NCBI GenBank assembly: GCA_021738505.1 | Contig: JAIPBW010000002.1 | Span: forward strand, 5,231-69,230 | Source: Bacteroidales bacterium | Lineage (GTDB): Bacteria > Bacteroidota > Bacteroidia > Bacteroidales > PWNQ01 | Reading direction: 5' to 3' | Length of the DNA stretch: 64,000 nt | Part shown: positions 56,114 through 64,000 of the stretch, one piece after another | Numbering within the stretch: position 1 is the first letter of the stretch | How the letters are laid out: each line of letters starts with the position of its first letter | Translations under genes and position numbers: made by a program | The notes under the pieces: generated by a model | Database searches by the model: none | Told to the model about the DNA's origin: nothing | Seen by the model: the letters and a program-made list of their open reading frames with translations, nothing else

Positions 56114-56650
56114 TTGTTAGAAGCACTCGTAACATCCAAAACCCGAATGAAAATGCTGTTGAAATTTTTTCTCAATAGCAGATCTGAAGCCTACCTCCGG
56201 AGTTTAGCCGAGGAGTTTGGAGAGTCAACAAATTCCATTCGTTTAGAGCTAAATAAATTTGAAGATGCCGGATTATTAACGGCCCGTATGCAAGGCAACA
56301 AAAAGCTTTATAAAGCAAATAGCAGTCATCCTTTGTTCCCGGATATACACAATATTATTTTAAAACATGTAGGGGTAGATCATATTATTGAGGAAATTGT
56401 CAATAAACTGGGTGATGTACATAAAGTTTTTCTTATCGGTGATTTTGCTAAAGGCATAAACTCTTCTATCATGGACTTGATTTTTGTAGGACGCGACATT
56501 AATAAAACGTACTTGCTTAATCTGGTTGAAAAAGCTGAAAAAATTATCAAGCGTAAGTTGCGATTTATGGTTTTTGAGCCAGACGAATTTGAAGATTACA
56601 AAAACAATATCAAAAACGAAGAGCCTTTGTTGCTCTGGCAAAGCGAATAA
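56114..56650 (+). CDS. Winged-helix (ArsR-like) transcriptional regulator fused to a degenerate nucleotidyltransferase-like domain
   Basis: LLEALVTSKTRMKMLLKFFLN...YLRSLAEEFGESTNSIRLELNKFEDAGLL is a wHTH pattern. The C-terminal LIGDFAKGINSSIMDLIFVG resembles a minimal NTase motif lacking the GS/DxD residues. The start is uncertain (in-frame TTG at 56114 or ATG at 56147). The ORF-track start at 56051 lies upstream of the promoter box. Confidence 0.65.
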   Translation: MLEALVTSKTRMKMLLKFFLNSRSEAYLRSLAEEFGESTNSIRLELNKFEDAGLLTARMQGNKKLYKANSSHPLFPDIHNIILKHVGVDHIIEEIVNKLGDVHKVFLIGDFAKGINSSIMDLIFVGRDINKTYLLNLVEKAEKIIKRKLRFMVFEPDEFEDYKNNIKNEEPLLLWQSE

Positions 56651-56845
56651 ATTTAGCGTTTTTAAATGTTAAATTTAGGTTATAAATAAGATAAAGACGA
56701 CTAAACATCAAATAAAGAATAATTTTGCATTTACGAATGTTTTTGTAGGAGCTAATAAATAGTTTTAGATACGAATGCAAAAAACTTTTTTTATCGGCTT
56801 CTTTTTTAAATAAGGGGTTCTCTTAGTAAAAAATATCACAATGAT

Positions 56846-56853
56846 TATCTTTG
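56846..56853 (+). promoter_or_regulatory. -7 box for cysD-cysN
   Basis: TATCTTTG lies 48 nt before the ATG at 56902. Confidence 0.45.
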
Positions 56854-56901
56854 CAACCTTTATTCGAAAAATTAAATGTTTAGCAAATAACAAAATAAGA
56901 T

Positions 56902-57813
56902 ATGGAAGAAAATTATTCACTCAGTCATTTGCGTCAGTTGGAGGCTGAGTCCATCCACATTATTCGTGAAGTAGCCGCTTCATTTGAGAATCCGGTTATG
57001 CTTTATTCCATTGGAAAAGACTCTTCTGTAATGGTTCGATTAGCCGAGAAAGCTTTCGCCCCGGGAAAGGTACCTTTTCCATTAATGCACATTGATTCTA
57101 AGTGGAAATTTCGTGAAATGACCGAATTTCGGGATCGTTATGCGAAGGAAAACGGCTGGGATTTGATCGTGCATTATAATAAAGAAGGTTATGAAGCCGG
57201 CGTAGGGCCGTTTACGCATGGATCTAAAGTGCATACGGATATCATGAAAACCCAGGCATTGTTAAACGGACTCACAAAACACAAGTTTGACGCTGCTTTT
57301 GGCGGAGCCAGACGTGATGAAGAAAAATCCCGTGCTAAAGAACGAATTTTTAGCTTCCGTGATCAATATCATCAGTGGGACCCGAAAAACCAGCGTCCGG
57401 AATTATGGAATATCTACAATACAAAAGTTCACAAGGGTGAGTCTATCCGGGTTTTTCCATTGTCAAACTGGACGGAATTAGATATCTGGCAGTATATCCG
57501 CCTGGAAAATATTCCCATCGTACCGCTTTATTTTGCTAAAGAACGCCCTGTTGTGGAGTACGGAGGAGCACTGATCTTAGTCGATGATGACCGCATGCCT
57601 GATGAACTGGCCAAAACAGCGAAAATGAAAAAAGTTCGCTTCCGTACATTAGGTTGCTATCCGCTTACAGGTGCTGTGGAATCGAATGCTGACACTGTAG
57701 AAAAAATTGTGGAAGAGATGATGACAACCACTCAGTCGGAAAGAACTACACGTGTGATTGATTTCGACCAGGAAGCTAGCATGGAGCAAAAGAAAAGAGA
57801 AGGATACTTTTAA
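56902..57813 (+). CDS. cysD: Sulfate adenylyltransferase subunit 2
   Basis: [15 protein letters not shown]...[12 protein letters not shown] (PP-loop)...[18 protein letters not shown] is a canonical CysD pattern. Confidence 0.92.
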   Translation: MEENYSLSHLRQLEAESIHIIREVAASFENPVMLYSIGKDSSVMVRLAEKAFAPGKVPFPLMHIDSKWKFREMTEFRDRYAKENGWDLIVHYNKEGYEAGVGPFTHGSKVHTDIMKTQALLNGLTKHKFDAAFGGARRDEEKSRAKERIFSFRDQYHQWDPKNQRPELWNIYNTKVHKGESIRVFPLSNWTELDIWQYIRLENIPIVPLYFAKERPVVEYGGALILVDDDRMPDELAKTAKMKKVRFRTLGCYPLTGAVESNADTVEKIVEEMMTTTQSERTTRVIDFDQEASMEQKKREGYF

Positions 57814-57899
57814 ATGGGATGAACTGCATCGTTATGTTAGGTTTTTTCTGAGGACTTAATCCTGACGTGGCATGAGTTGAAGTAATAAAACAAAAGAAC

Positions 57900-59825
57900 A
57901 TGGAAACAAGAGATAAGAATTTATCCATCACCGAATTTTTAGATAAAGACGAAAGAAAAGATTTATTACGTCTGTTAACTGCAGGGTCTGTGGATGATGG
58001 GAAATCTACGTTAATAGGTCGCCTGCTTTTTGATAGTAAACGATTATATGAAGATCAGCTTTCTGCTCTGGAGCGTGATTCAAAACGCGAAGGACATGCC
58101 GGAGAAGATATTGATTATGCTCTCTTGTTGGATGGCCTTAAAGCAGAACGGGAACAGGGAATAACCATTGATGTGGCTTACCGTTATTTTTCAACCAGTG
58201 AGCGAAAATTTATTATTGCAGACACACCCGGTCACGAGCAATATACCAGGAATATGGTTACCGGAGCTTCTACGTCTAATCTGGCGATATTGCTTGTGGA
58301 TGCCCGCCACGGTGTGATCACACAAACCAAACGCCACACGTTTATTGCCAGCCTCCTCGGCATACAGCATGTTGTTGTGGCCATTAATAAAATGGATCTT
58401 GTAGACTATAGTGAACAGCGATACAATGAAATCGTTAAAGATTACAAGCAGTTCCTTACCGGGATGAATATTCCGGATGTGAACTTTATTCCCATTTCCG
58501 CTCTTAAAGGAGACAATGTGGTTGACCATTCCGAAAATATGGATTGGTATCACGGTCAGCCGATGCTCGAATTTCTTGAGACAGTGCATGTGGATGCAGA
58601 CCGTAATTTCGATGATTTTCGTTTCCCGGTTCAATATGTTAACCGACCCTCACTGGATTACAGAGGGTATGCCGGTACTTTAGCCTCAGGTATCGTCAGA
58701 AAAGGAGATACGATTAAAGTTCAGCCTTCCGGCAAAACATCTCAAGTTACCAGCATTTTAGGTGCTAATGGCGAACAGGATTATGCTTTTCCTCCTCAGG
58801 CTATTTCCCTGACCTTATCCAATGAAATAGATATCTCAAGAGGTGATATGATCGTACATCCGGATAATATGGCGCGTCAGGAAAGACATTTTGAAGCGAT
58901 GCTCGTTTGGATGGATGAACAGGAAATGAAACCGCATCGCCAATACTACATCAAACATGCTAACAATACAACAAAAATACGTTTTGACAATCTTCGCTAT
59001 AAAGTAGATGTCAATACCATGGATAAGCATGAAGCCGATATATTGCACCTGAATGAAATCGGCCGAATGGTTTTAACTGCGAATAAGCCATTGATGTTTG
59101 ATCCGTATAAAAAAATTAGTGATACCGGGGCTTTTGTAATTATTGATCCGGTAACACATAATACAGCAGCCGTAGGGATGATCATCGATAAAGTTAGCGA
59201 TAAAGACATGGCTTCCCGGATTACGGATGTTGAAAGAGAAAAGATTTATAGAGGAGAAGCCTTAGTAGATCCCAGGGAACGGGAACTGTTTTACAACCAA
59301 AAAGGGTCAACCATTTGGATTACAGGTTTGCACGGTTCCGGAAAAAACGAACTGGCTTATGGATTGGAAAAACAGCTGTTCGATATGGGAGCTACTACCG
59401 TTCTGATGGATGGCTCCACAGTGCGAAGCGGACTTTCCCGCGAACTGGACCATTCTCCTGCCGACCGTGCAGAACACCTGAGAAGAGTTGCACATGTGTG
59501 CTATATGTTAAATGAGCAGGGTATCATTACCATTTGTTCCTTTATTTCACCGGACGAAGATATCCGTAATCAGGTTGCTGAAATTGTAGGTGAAGATCGC
59601 TTCCACATGATCCATATGGATGCTGATTTAGATTATTGTAAAAGCAATAAACCAGAGATGTTTGAAAAAGCAATTAATGGAAAAATTAACTATATGCCCG
59701 GAATAGATGCCGAGTATGAAAAACCTCAAAGTCCGGTGATGACGCTTAATCCGGAGACTAAGAATAAATGGATTGAAGAAGTGGTAAATTATCTGGAAAA
59801 AGAGAAAATTTTCCCGCTGGAATAG
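57900..59825 (+). CDS. cysN: Sulfate adenylyltransferase subunit 1 (GTPase) fused to an APS-kinase-like C-terminal domain
   Basis: The GTPase motifs are G1 [10 protein letters not shown]3 DTPGHEQY and G4 NKMD. The C-terminal about 190 aa align by eye to CysC but have [16 protein letters not shown] and SNKPEMF in place of GLSGSGKST, LDGDNVR and RDPKGLY. Confidence 0.85.
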   Translation: METRDKNLSITEFLDKDERKDLLRLLTAGSVDDGKSTLIGRLLFDSKRLYEDQLSALERDSKREGHAGEDIDYALLLDGLKAEREQGITIDVAYRYFSTSERKFIIADTPGHEQYTRNMVTGASTSNLAILLVDARHGVITQTKRHTFIASLLGIQHVVVAINKMDLVDYSEQRYNEIVKDYKQFLTGMNIPDVNFIPISALKGDNVVDHSENMDWYHGQPMLEFLETVHVDADRNFDDFRFPVQYVNRPSLDYRGYAGTLASGIVRKGDTIKVQPSGKTSQVTSILGANGEQDYAFPPQAISLTLSNEIDISRGDMIVHPDNMARQERHFEAMLVWMDEQEMKPHRQYYIKHANNTTKIRFDNLRYKVDVNTMDKHEADILHLNEIGRMVLTANKPLMFDPYKKISDTGAFVIIDPVTHNTAAVGMIIDKVSDKDMASRITDVEREKIYRGEALVDPRERELFYNQKGSTIWITGLHGSGKNELAYGLEKQLFDMGATTVLMDGSTVRSGLSRELDHSPADRAEHLRRVAHVCYMLNEQGIITICSFISPDEDIRNQVAEIVGEDRFHMIHMDADLDYCKSNKPEMFEKAINGKINYMPGIDAEYEKPQSPVMTLNPETKNKWIEEVVNYLEKEKIFPLE

Positions 59826-59896
59826 GATGATATGCCTGGATTGTCGAAATCCGGAACAGAAATATTTATTTTCAAATTTTGTTAAGTATTTAAAAG

Positions 59897-59949
59897 TAAC
59901 CGCTAAAATCCAATCGTCTGATCAGAACAGAAATGGCTTTTAGCGGTTA
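59897..59949. terminator. 12-bp perfect inverted repeat between the convergent cysN and recR genes (possible bidirectional terminator)
   Basis: TAACCGCTAAAA (59897-59908) pairs with TTTTAGCGGTTA (59938-59949) across a 29-nt loop. The flanking T-runs are weak. Confidence 0.4.
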
Positions 59950-59989
59950 TTAGCAATGCTAATTTCGGTTATACGTTTTGCTGACTATT

Positions 59990-60616
59990 TTATTTGTCTT
60001 CATTTTCTTCGTCGTAAGGGACTCTGTTTTTGATGGAGCGCCCCAGCGTAGCTTCATCGGCATATTCAAGCTCGTCACCAACGCCAATGCCACGGGCTAT
60101 TGAGCTGACCCGGATATTGGTATCCCTGATCTGTTTGACAATATAAAAGCCAGTGGTGTCGCCTTCCACCGTTGACGGTAGAGCCAAAATCAGTTCCCGT
60201 ACATTTTCTTCTTTGAGCCGTCCGATCAATGCATCAATGGTGAGATCTTCGGGACCTATACCTTCCATAGGAGAAATAACATTTCCCAGCACATGATACA
60301 ACCCATTGAACTGCGATGTGTTTTCTATAGCCATAACATCGCGTACATCATGAACCACGCAAACCGTTTGTTCATCCCGGGCAGCATTGGCACAGATATG
60401 ACATATGTTTGAGTCGGAAATATTATGACATTTCTTGCAATATTGAATGTTTTCACGCATGTCAATGATAGCATTTCCAAGTGCAGTAGCTGTTTCAGGA
60501 TCTTCATTGAGCAGGTGGAGTGCTAAACGCAAAGCCGTCTTTTGTCCTATGCCGGGTAACTTCCCAAGTTCATTCACTGCATTCTCTACGCGTTTAGATG
60601 GAAGATTGTTTATCAT
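59990..60616 (-). CDS. recR: Recombination protein RecR
   Basis: The HhH is LPGIGQKTALRLALHL, the C4 zinc finger is CKKCHNISDSNICHIC, and a Toprim region follows. Confidence 0.92.
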   Translation of the reverse strand: MINNLPSKRVENAVNELGKLPGIGQKTALRLALHLLNEDPETATALGNAIIDMRENIQYCKKCHNISDSNICHICANAARDEQTVCVVHDVRDVMAIENTSQFNGLYHVLGNVISPMEGIGPEDLTIDALIGRLKEENVRELILALPSTVEGDTTGFYIVKQIRDTNIRVSSIARGIGVGDELEYADEATLGRSIKNRVPYDEENEDK

Positions 60617-60678
60617 TTTTTCTATAAGGTTTTATAAAAGCACTAATTTAGCTGCAAAATTAAAAAAGAAATTGTGCT

Positions 60679-62124
60679 ATGTCGCCCAATAGTATACTAA
60701 TTACTTTTATTGTCTATACAATTTTGCTATTGCTTATCAGCTGGCTAACCTCGCGCAAAGCAAATAATGAAAGTTTTTTTATAGGTAATCGCCAGTCGCC
60801 ATGGTTCGTCGTAGCTTATGGTATGATCGGAGCTTCGCTTTCGGGGGTTACTTTTATCTCTATTCCCGGTGACGTCGGTTCTTCCTTTTCAACCTATATG
60901 ATGATCGTTTTTGGTTATCTGGTGGGATATGCTGTGATTGCAGAAGTACTACTGCCACTGTATTACCGGCTGAAATTAACGTCTATATACACCTTTCTAG
61001 AACAACGCCTGGGCTTTTGGTCTTATAAAACCGGGGCGTTTTACTTTATTTTATCACGCGTGATTGGTGCTTCATTCCGGATGTTTTTGGTGGTAAATGT
61101 AATGCAGTTATTCGTTTTTAACGAATGGGGTGTTCCGTTTTGGGTGACCGTAATTGCTTTTATCATTTTAATGGTCCTGTATACGTATCGTGGTGGTATC
61201 AAGACAATTGTCTGGACAGATACACTGCAAACAACATTTATGCTGGCTACTGTTGTTGTTTCTATTGTTTTGTTAGGGAAAGAAATGAATCTTGGCGCAG
61301 GCGAGATGATTAAAACCATTGCTGAAAGTAAATATTCTACCGTTTTGATAGCAGAATGGGAACATCGCTATTTCTTTCTGAAACAATTTATCAGCGGAGC
61401 ATTTATAGCTATTGTGATGACTGGTTTAGACCAGGATATGATGCAGAAAAACCTTAGTTGCCGCAATTTGAAAGACGCAAAGAAGAATATCTATTCCATG
61501 AGTTTTGCCTTAATTCCCATGAATATATTGATACTTTCATTAGGCGTATTGCTATATGTGTATGCCGAAGCAAATGGAATTCATGTTCCGGAGACTACAG
61601 ATGATTTATTCCCTTTGATAGCATTAAAATACCTGGGAAGTTTTGCCGGGATCGTTTTTCTTATTGGTCTCATTTCTGCTGCATATTCCAGTGCAGACAG
61701 TGCATTAACGTCTCTTACAACTTCTTTTAGTATAGATTTCTTACGGTTGGATAAAAATGAGAAATTAACTGAAAAACAAAAGATTAATCTGCGGCAGCTT
61801 ATCCATATTGGAGTGGCTACCACTGTGACAATTGTGATTATTGTTTTTAATGCAATTAATGACTCTTCCGTGATTTCCAAACTTTTTACTATTGCCGGGT
61901 ATACTTATGGTCCATTGCTTGGGATGTTTACTTTTGGTATTTATACAAAACGCAATCTCAATGATAAATTTGTCCCGTTAATTGCAATACTTTCCCCGGT
62001 TATTTGTTATATCATTAGTAGCAATTCGAGTACCTGGTTTTATGGATATGAATTTGGATTTGAGCTTTTATTGCTCAATGGTTTATTCGTATTTTTAGGT
62101 CTGATGATAATCTCACGCAAATAA
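60679..62124 (+). CDS. Sodium:solute symporter family transporter
   Basis: It has about 13 TM helices and an SSF-like pattern (FFIGNRQSPWFVVAYGMIGASLSGVTFISIPG). Confidence 0.8.
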   Translation: MSPNSILITFIVYTILLLLISWLTSRKANNESFFIGNRQSPWFVVAYGMIGASLSGVTFISIPGDVGSSFSTYMMIVFGYLVGYAVIAEVLLPLYYRLKLTSIYTFLEQRLGFWSYKTGAFYFILSRVIGASFRMFLVVNVMQLFVFNEWGVPFWVTVIAFIILMVLYTYRGGIKTIVWTDTLQTTFMLATVVVSIVLLGKEMNLGAGEMIKTIAESKYSTVLIAEWEHRYFFLKQFISGAFIAIVMTGLDQDMMQKNLSCRNLKDAKKNIYSMSFALIPMNILILSLGVLLYVYAEANGIHVPETTDDLFPLIALKYLGSFAGIVFLIGLISAAYSSADSALTSLTTSFSIDFLRLDKNEKLTEKQKINLRQLIHIGVATTVTIVIIVFNAINDSSVISKLFTIAGYTYGPLLGMFTFGIYTKRNLNDKFVPLIAILSPVICYIISSNSSTWFYGYEFGFELLLLNGLFVFLGLMIISRK

Positions 62125-62235
62125 GATTGAAAAGGAGTAAGGAATGTATTATTTTCGTTTCATAAAACAAAATTGCAAAACACCTCTTAATTATATTTCT
62201 AAAATCGGATTGTACAAATAAAAACTTTAGTTGCC

Positions 62236-63411
62236 ATGAATAAGATTATACTGTTCTTTTTAATACTCACATTGGCTTCTTGCAAGTCGCACGAGCCCGG
62301 GTTTAATGTCGTTCCCGTAAGCGAGGTTAATGAAAGTGAAAATTCCAACGAAGGCTTATATTATGCTTTGCCCAGAACACGTATTATGGTAGATGTTCAG
62401 GTAAAAAAAACAATGTCCTTTCGGGGACCTTATGCAGAGTATGCCTCCAAATATCTGGGATTGGATAATGTAACGGAAGAAAACAAATCCTCTTTTGATA
62501 TACAGGATATCAAAATATCCACAATTTATGAAGCTGACCCGGAACAATTTTATTTTGTCGAACTTAATTATGAAGATAATCCCAGAGCCGCTAATCTAAT
62601 GCTTGAGCTAACGGAATCGGGAATAATTGCAAATGTGAATGATACTGCCGGGTTTAATACGTCCAATCAGGTTGTCTTTATGAATGACAAAGAAAAAAAT
62701 GACGATTTCAGCAAGACGTTTTCCTATATTCCCGATAAAAACATGTATGAAAAGGTAGATACTGTTATTCAGGAAGTTACAAGAGATACCGTTACTTTTA
62801 AAAAGCGGGTACTCAAGCGTAAAATGGTTCAAAAAACCACAGAACAAAAAGCACAGGAAGCGGCAGATTTTATTCTTAAAGTCAGAGAGCAGAAAATGAA
62901 CTTGATTACGGGATATCAGGAAACGCCATATCCTCAGGAGACCATGGAATATATGTTTGATCGACTCAAGGATATGGAGGACAAATACCTGAAATTATTC
63001 ACAGGTATGCAGGCCAGCGAAACCCTGAATTATCGGTTTTCATTTACACCCCCGGATAATGTGTATCGTATTAATGAAAAGTTATTTCGGTTTTCCGAGG
63101 AAAAAGGAGTTTTGGAAAAAGGAAGCGAACAGGGAGAAATTGTTTCTTTAGAAATCAACAGACAACGCCGTACGAAAAATATGTATGAGCACATAAAGGC
63201 AAACTATAATAAAGACAAGCAAAGAAATGGCTTTTATTACCGGTTGCCTGAGGATGCTAATATCCGCGTAAAGAAAAATGAAAAACCGCTGGCTGAAGTT
63301 ATCCTTCAAATCAGCCAATTTGGGGTTGTAAATTCCCTTCCTGCACGGTATAATAATTTGCGGTTTTATCCTTCATCAGGGATGATAAAAACCGTCAATA
63401 CAAAAGAATAA
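62236..63411 (+). CDS. Hypothetical lipoprotein (resembles the Bacteroidota DUF4831 family from memory)
   Basis: The lipobox is LTLASCKS, followed by GLYYALPRTRIMVDV. I see no catalytic motifs. Confidence 0.5.
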   Translation: MNKIILFFLILTLASCKSHEPGFNVVPVSEVNESENSNEGLYYALPRTRIMVDVQVKKTMSFRGPYAEYASKYLGLDNVTEENKSSFDIQDIKISTIYEADPEQFYFVELNYEDNPRAANLMLELTESGIIANVNDTAGFNTSNQVVFMNDKEKNDDFSKTFSYIPDKNMYEKVDTVIQEVTRDTVTFKKRVLKRKMVQKTTEQKAQEAADFILKVREQKMNLITGYQETPYPQETMEYMFDRLKDMEDKYLKLFTGMQASETLNYRFSFTPPDNVYRINEKLFRFSEEKGVLEKGSEQGEIVSLEINRQRRTKNMYEHIKANYNKDKQRNGFYYRLPEDANIRVKKNEKPLAEVILQISQFGVVNSLPARYNNLRFYPSSGMIKTVNTKE

Positions 63412-63439
63412 AGCAGTTTAGACATTGAATTAGTATTTT

Positions 63440-64000
63440 ATGAACGAACAAGATTATCTCAATTATAGACCTGAGAAGCAATATTATTTCTCGGATACTT
63501 CTTTTGATCTTTTAATGCGCAAACGGATCAGTAAAATTTTGCTGATTTGTTCTACTTATGATGCTTTTATGCTTGAGGAAGACGGGCGAATAGATGAGCA
63601 GATATTCAACGAATATGTCTCGTTAAACCTACGGTATCCGCCGCAGTTTATACAAGTCTCATCGGCAGAAGAAGCCTGGAAGGTTTTGGAGGAAGAGCAA
63701 ATAGACCTGGTGATTTCCATGTTAAGTATCGGAGATATGGATCCCTTCCAGATGTCTATTTCAATAAAAGATAAATACCCCGATATTCCGATTGTTGTGC
63801 TTACACCTTTCTCCCGCGAGGTAACGATCAAACTTAAAAATGAAGATCTAAGTGCCATCGATCATGTGTTTTGCTGGTTAGGAAATGCTAATATTTTGCT
63901 TGCTATCATAAAATTGATTGAAGATAGCATGAATGTTCAGCATGATGTGGAGGAAGTGGGGGTTCAGGTTATTATTTTAGTAGAAGACAATATCCGGTTT
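63440..64000 (+). CDS. N-terminal pseudo-receiver (CheY-like) domain of a larger protein; the gene runs off the right edge
   Basis: The ATG at 63440 opens MNEQDYLNYRPEKQYYF...KILLICSTYDAFMLEEDGRIDEQ...IDLVISMLSIGDMDPF...IPIVVLTPFS, and the frame stays open to 64000. It is absent from the ORF track because no stop falls in the window. From memory, this N-terminus heads PEP/pyruvate-binding (PEP-synthase-like) proteins in Bacteroidota. Confidence 0.55.
   Translation, partial: MNEQDYLNYRPEKQYYFSDTSFDLLMRKRISKILLICSTYDAFMLEEDGRIDEQIFNEYVSLNLRYPPQFIQVSSAEEAWKVLEEEQIDLVISMLSIGDMDPFQMSISIKDKYPDIPIVVLTPFSREVTIKLKNEDLSAIDHVFCWLGNANILLAIIKLIEDSMNVQHDVEEVGVQVIILVEDNIRF

Noticed and set aside
1-64000. 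I searched the whole window by eye for tRNA T-loop motifs (GGTTCGAATCC-like), rRNA, CRISPR repeat-spacer periodicity, transposase, integrase or recombinase genes, toxin-antitoxin pairs, restriction-modification genes and known defence genes.
   Set aside because: I found none. TTCGAA-containing matches fall inside CDSs (iorA and the Trx-Grx gene). No spaced direct-repeat arrays were seen. Every large ORF has a housekeeping or envelope assignment, or is a lone hypothetical.

Overview
This window looks like a core chromosomal segment of an AT-rich member of the Bacteroidota. The gene content fits that phylum: SecDF fusion, DUF349, PorV/FadL-like barrels, ppdK and iorAB. Many genes are preceded by the Bacteroidetes-type -7 promoter box TAnnTTTG and lack Shine-Dalgarno sequences. 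I support about 49 protein-coding genes, two of them truncated at the window edges. Most are housekeeping genes. They cover purine and pyrimidine metabolism (purE, purM, pyrF, hpt, adk), translation and ribosome functions (prfA, obg, rlmD), the envelope (murB, two glycosyltransferase clusters, an LptF/G permease, SecDF, OmpA-like and patatin-barrel proteins), central metabolism (sucC, ppdK, iorAB) and sulfate activation (cysD, cysN). I found no rRNA, tRNA, CRISPR array, transposase, integrase or recognisable defence system. I did not find a clear novel multi-gene system, and most of the window is ordinary. The observations most worth a second look are listed here in rough order of interest. 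(1) Three adenylate-kinase modules lie within 2 kb, including a head-to-tail Adk-Adk fusion inserted into the hpt-adk-obg block. (2) Two GC-rich, purine-skewed islands of about 240 bp sit in otherwise AT-rich intergenic DNA (23760-24000 and 55556-55790). They share an identical 12-mer on opposite strands, and each carries a perfect palindrome. (3) The 640-bp ppdK-to-regulator spacer is structurally complex. It holds an inverted-repeat-bounded unit and a perfect 19-bp palindrome over the regulator's own -7 box. (4) CysN is fused to an APS-kinase-like domain with degenerate catalytic motifs. (5) A small outer-membrane barrel gene overlaps a ComEA-like helix-hairpin-helix barrel protein gene. (6) A Trx-Grx fusion is followed by an orphan GroES-like gene. 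Several ORF-track N-termini appear to be over-extended, because a promoter box or a terminator lies inside the extension. All family assignments rest on motif recognition by eye, and no searches were run.
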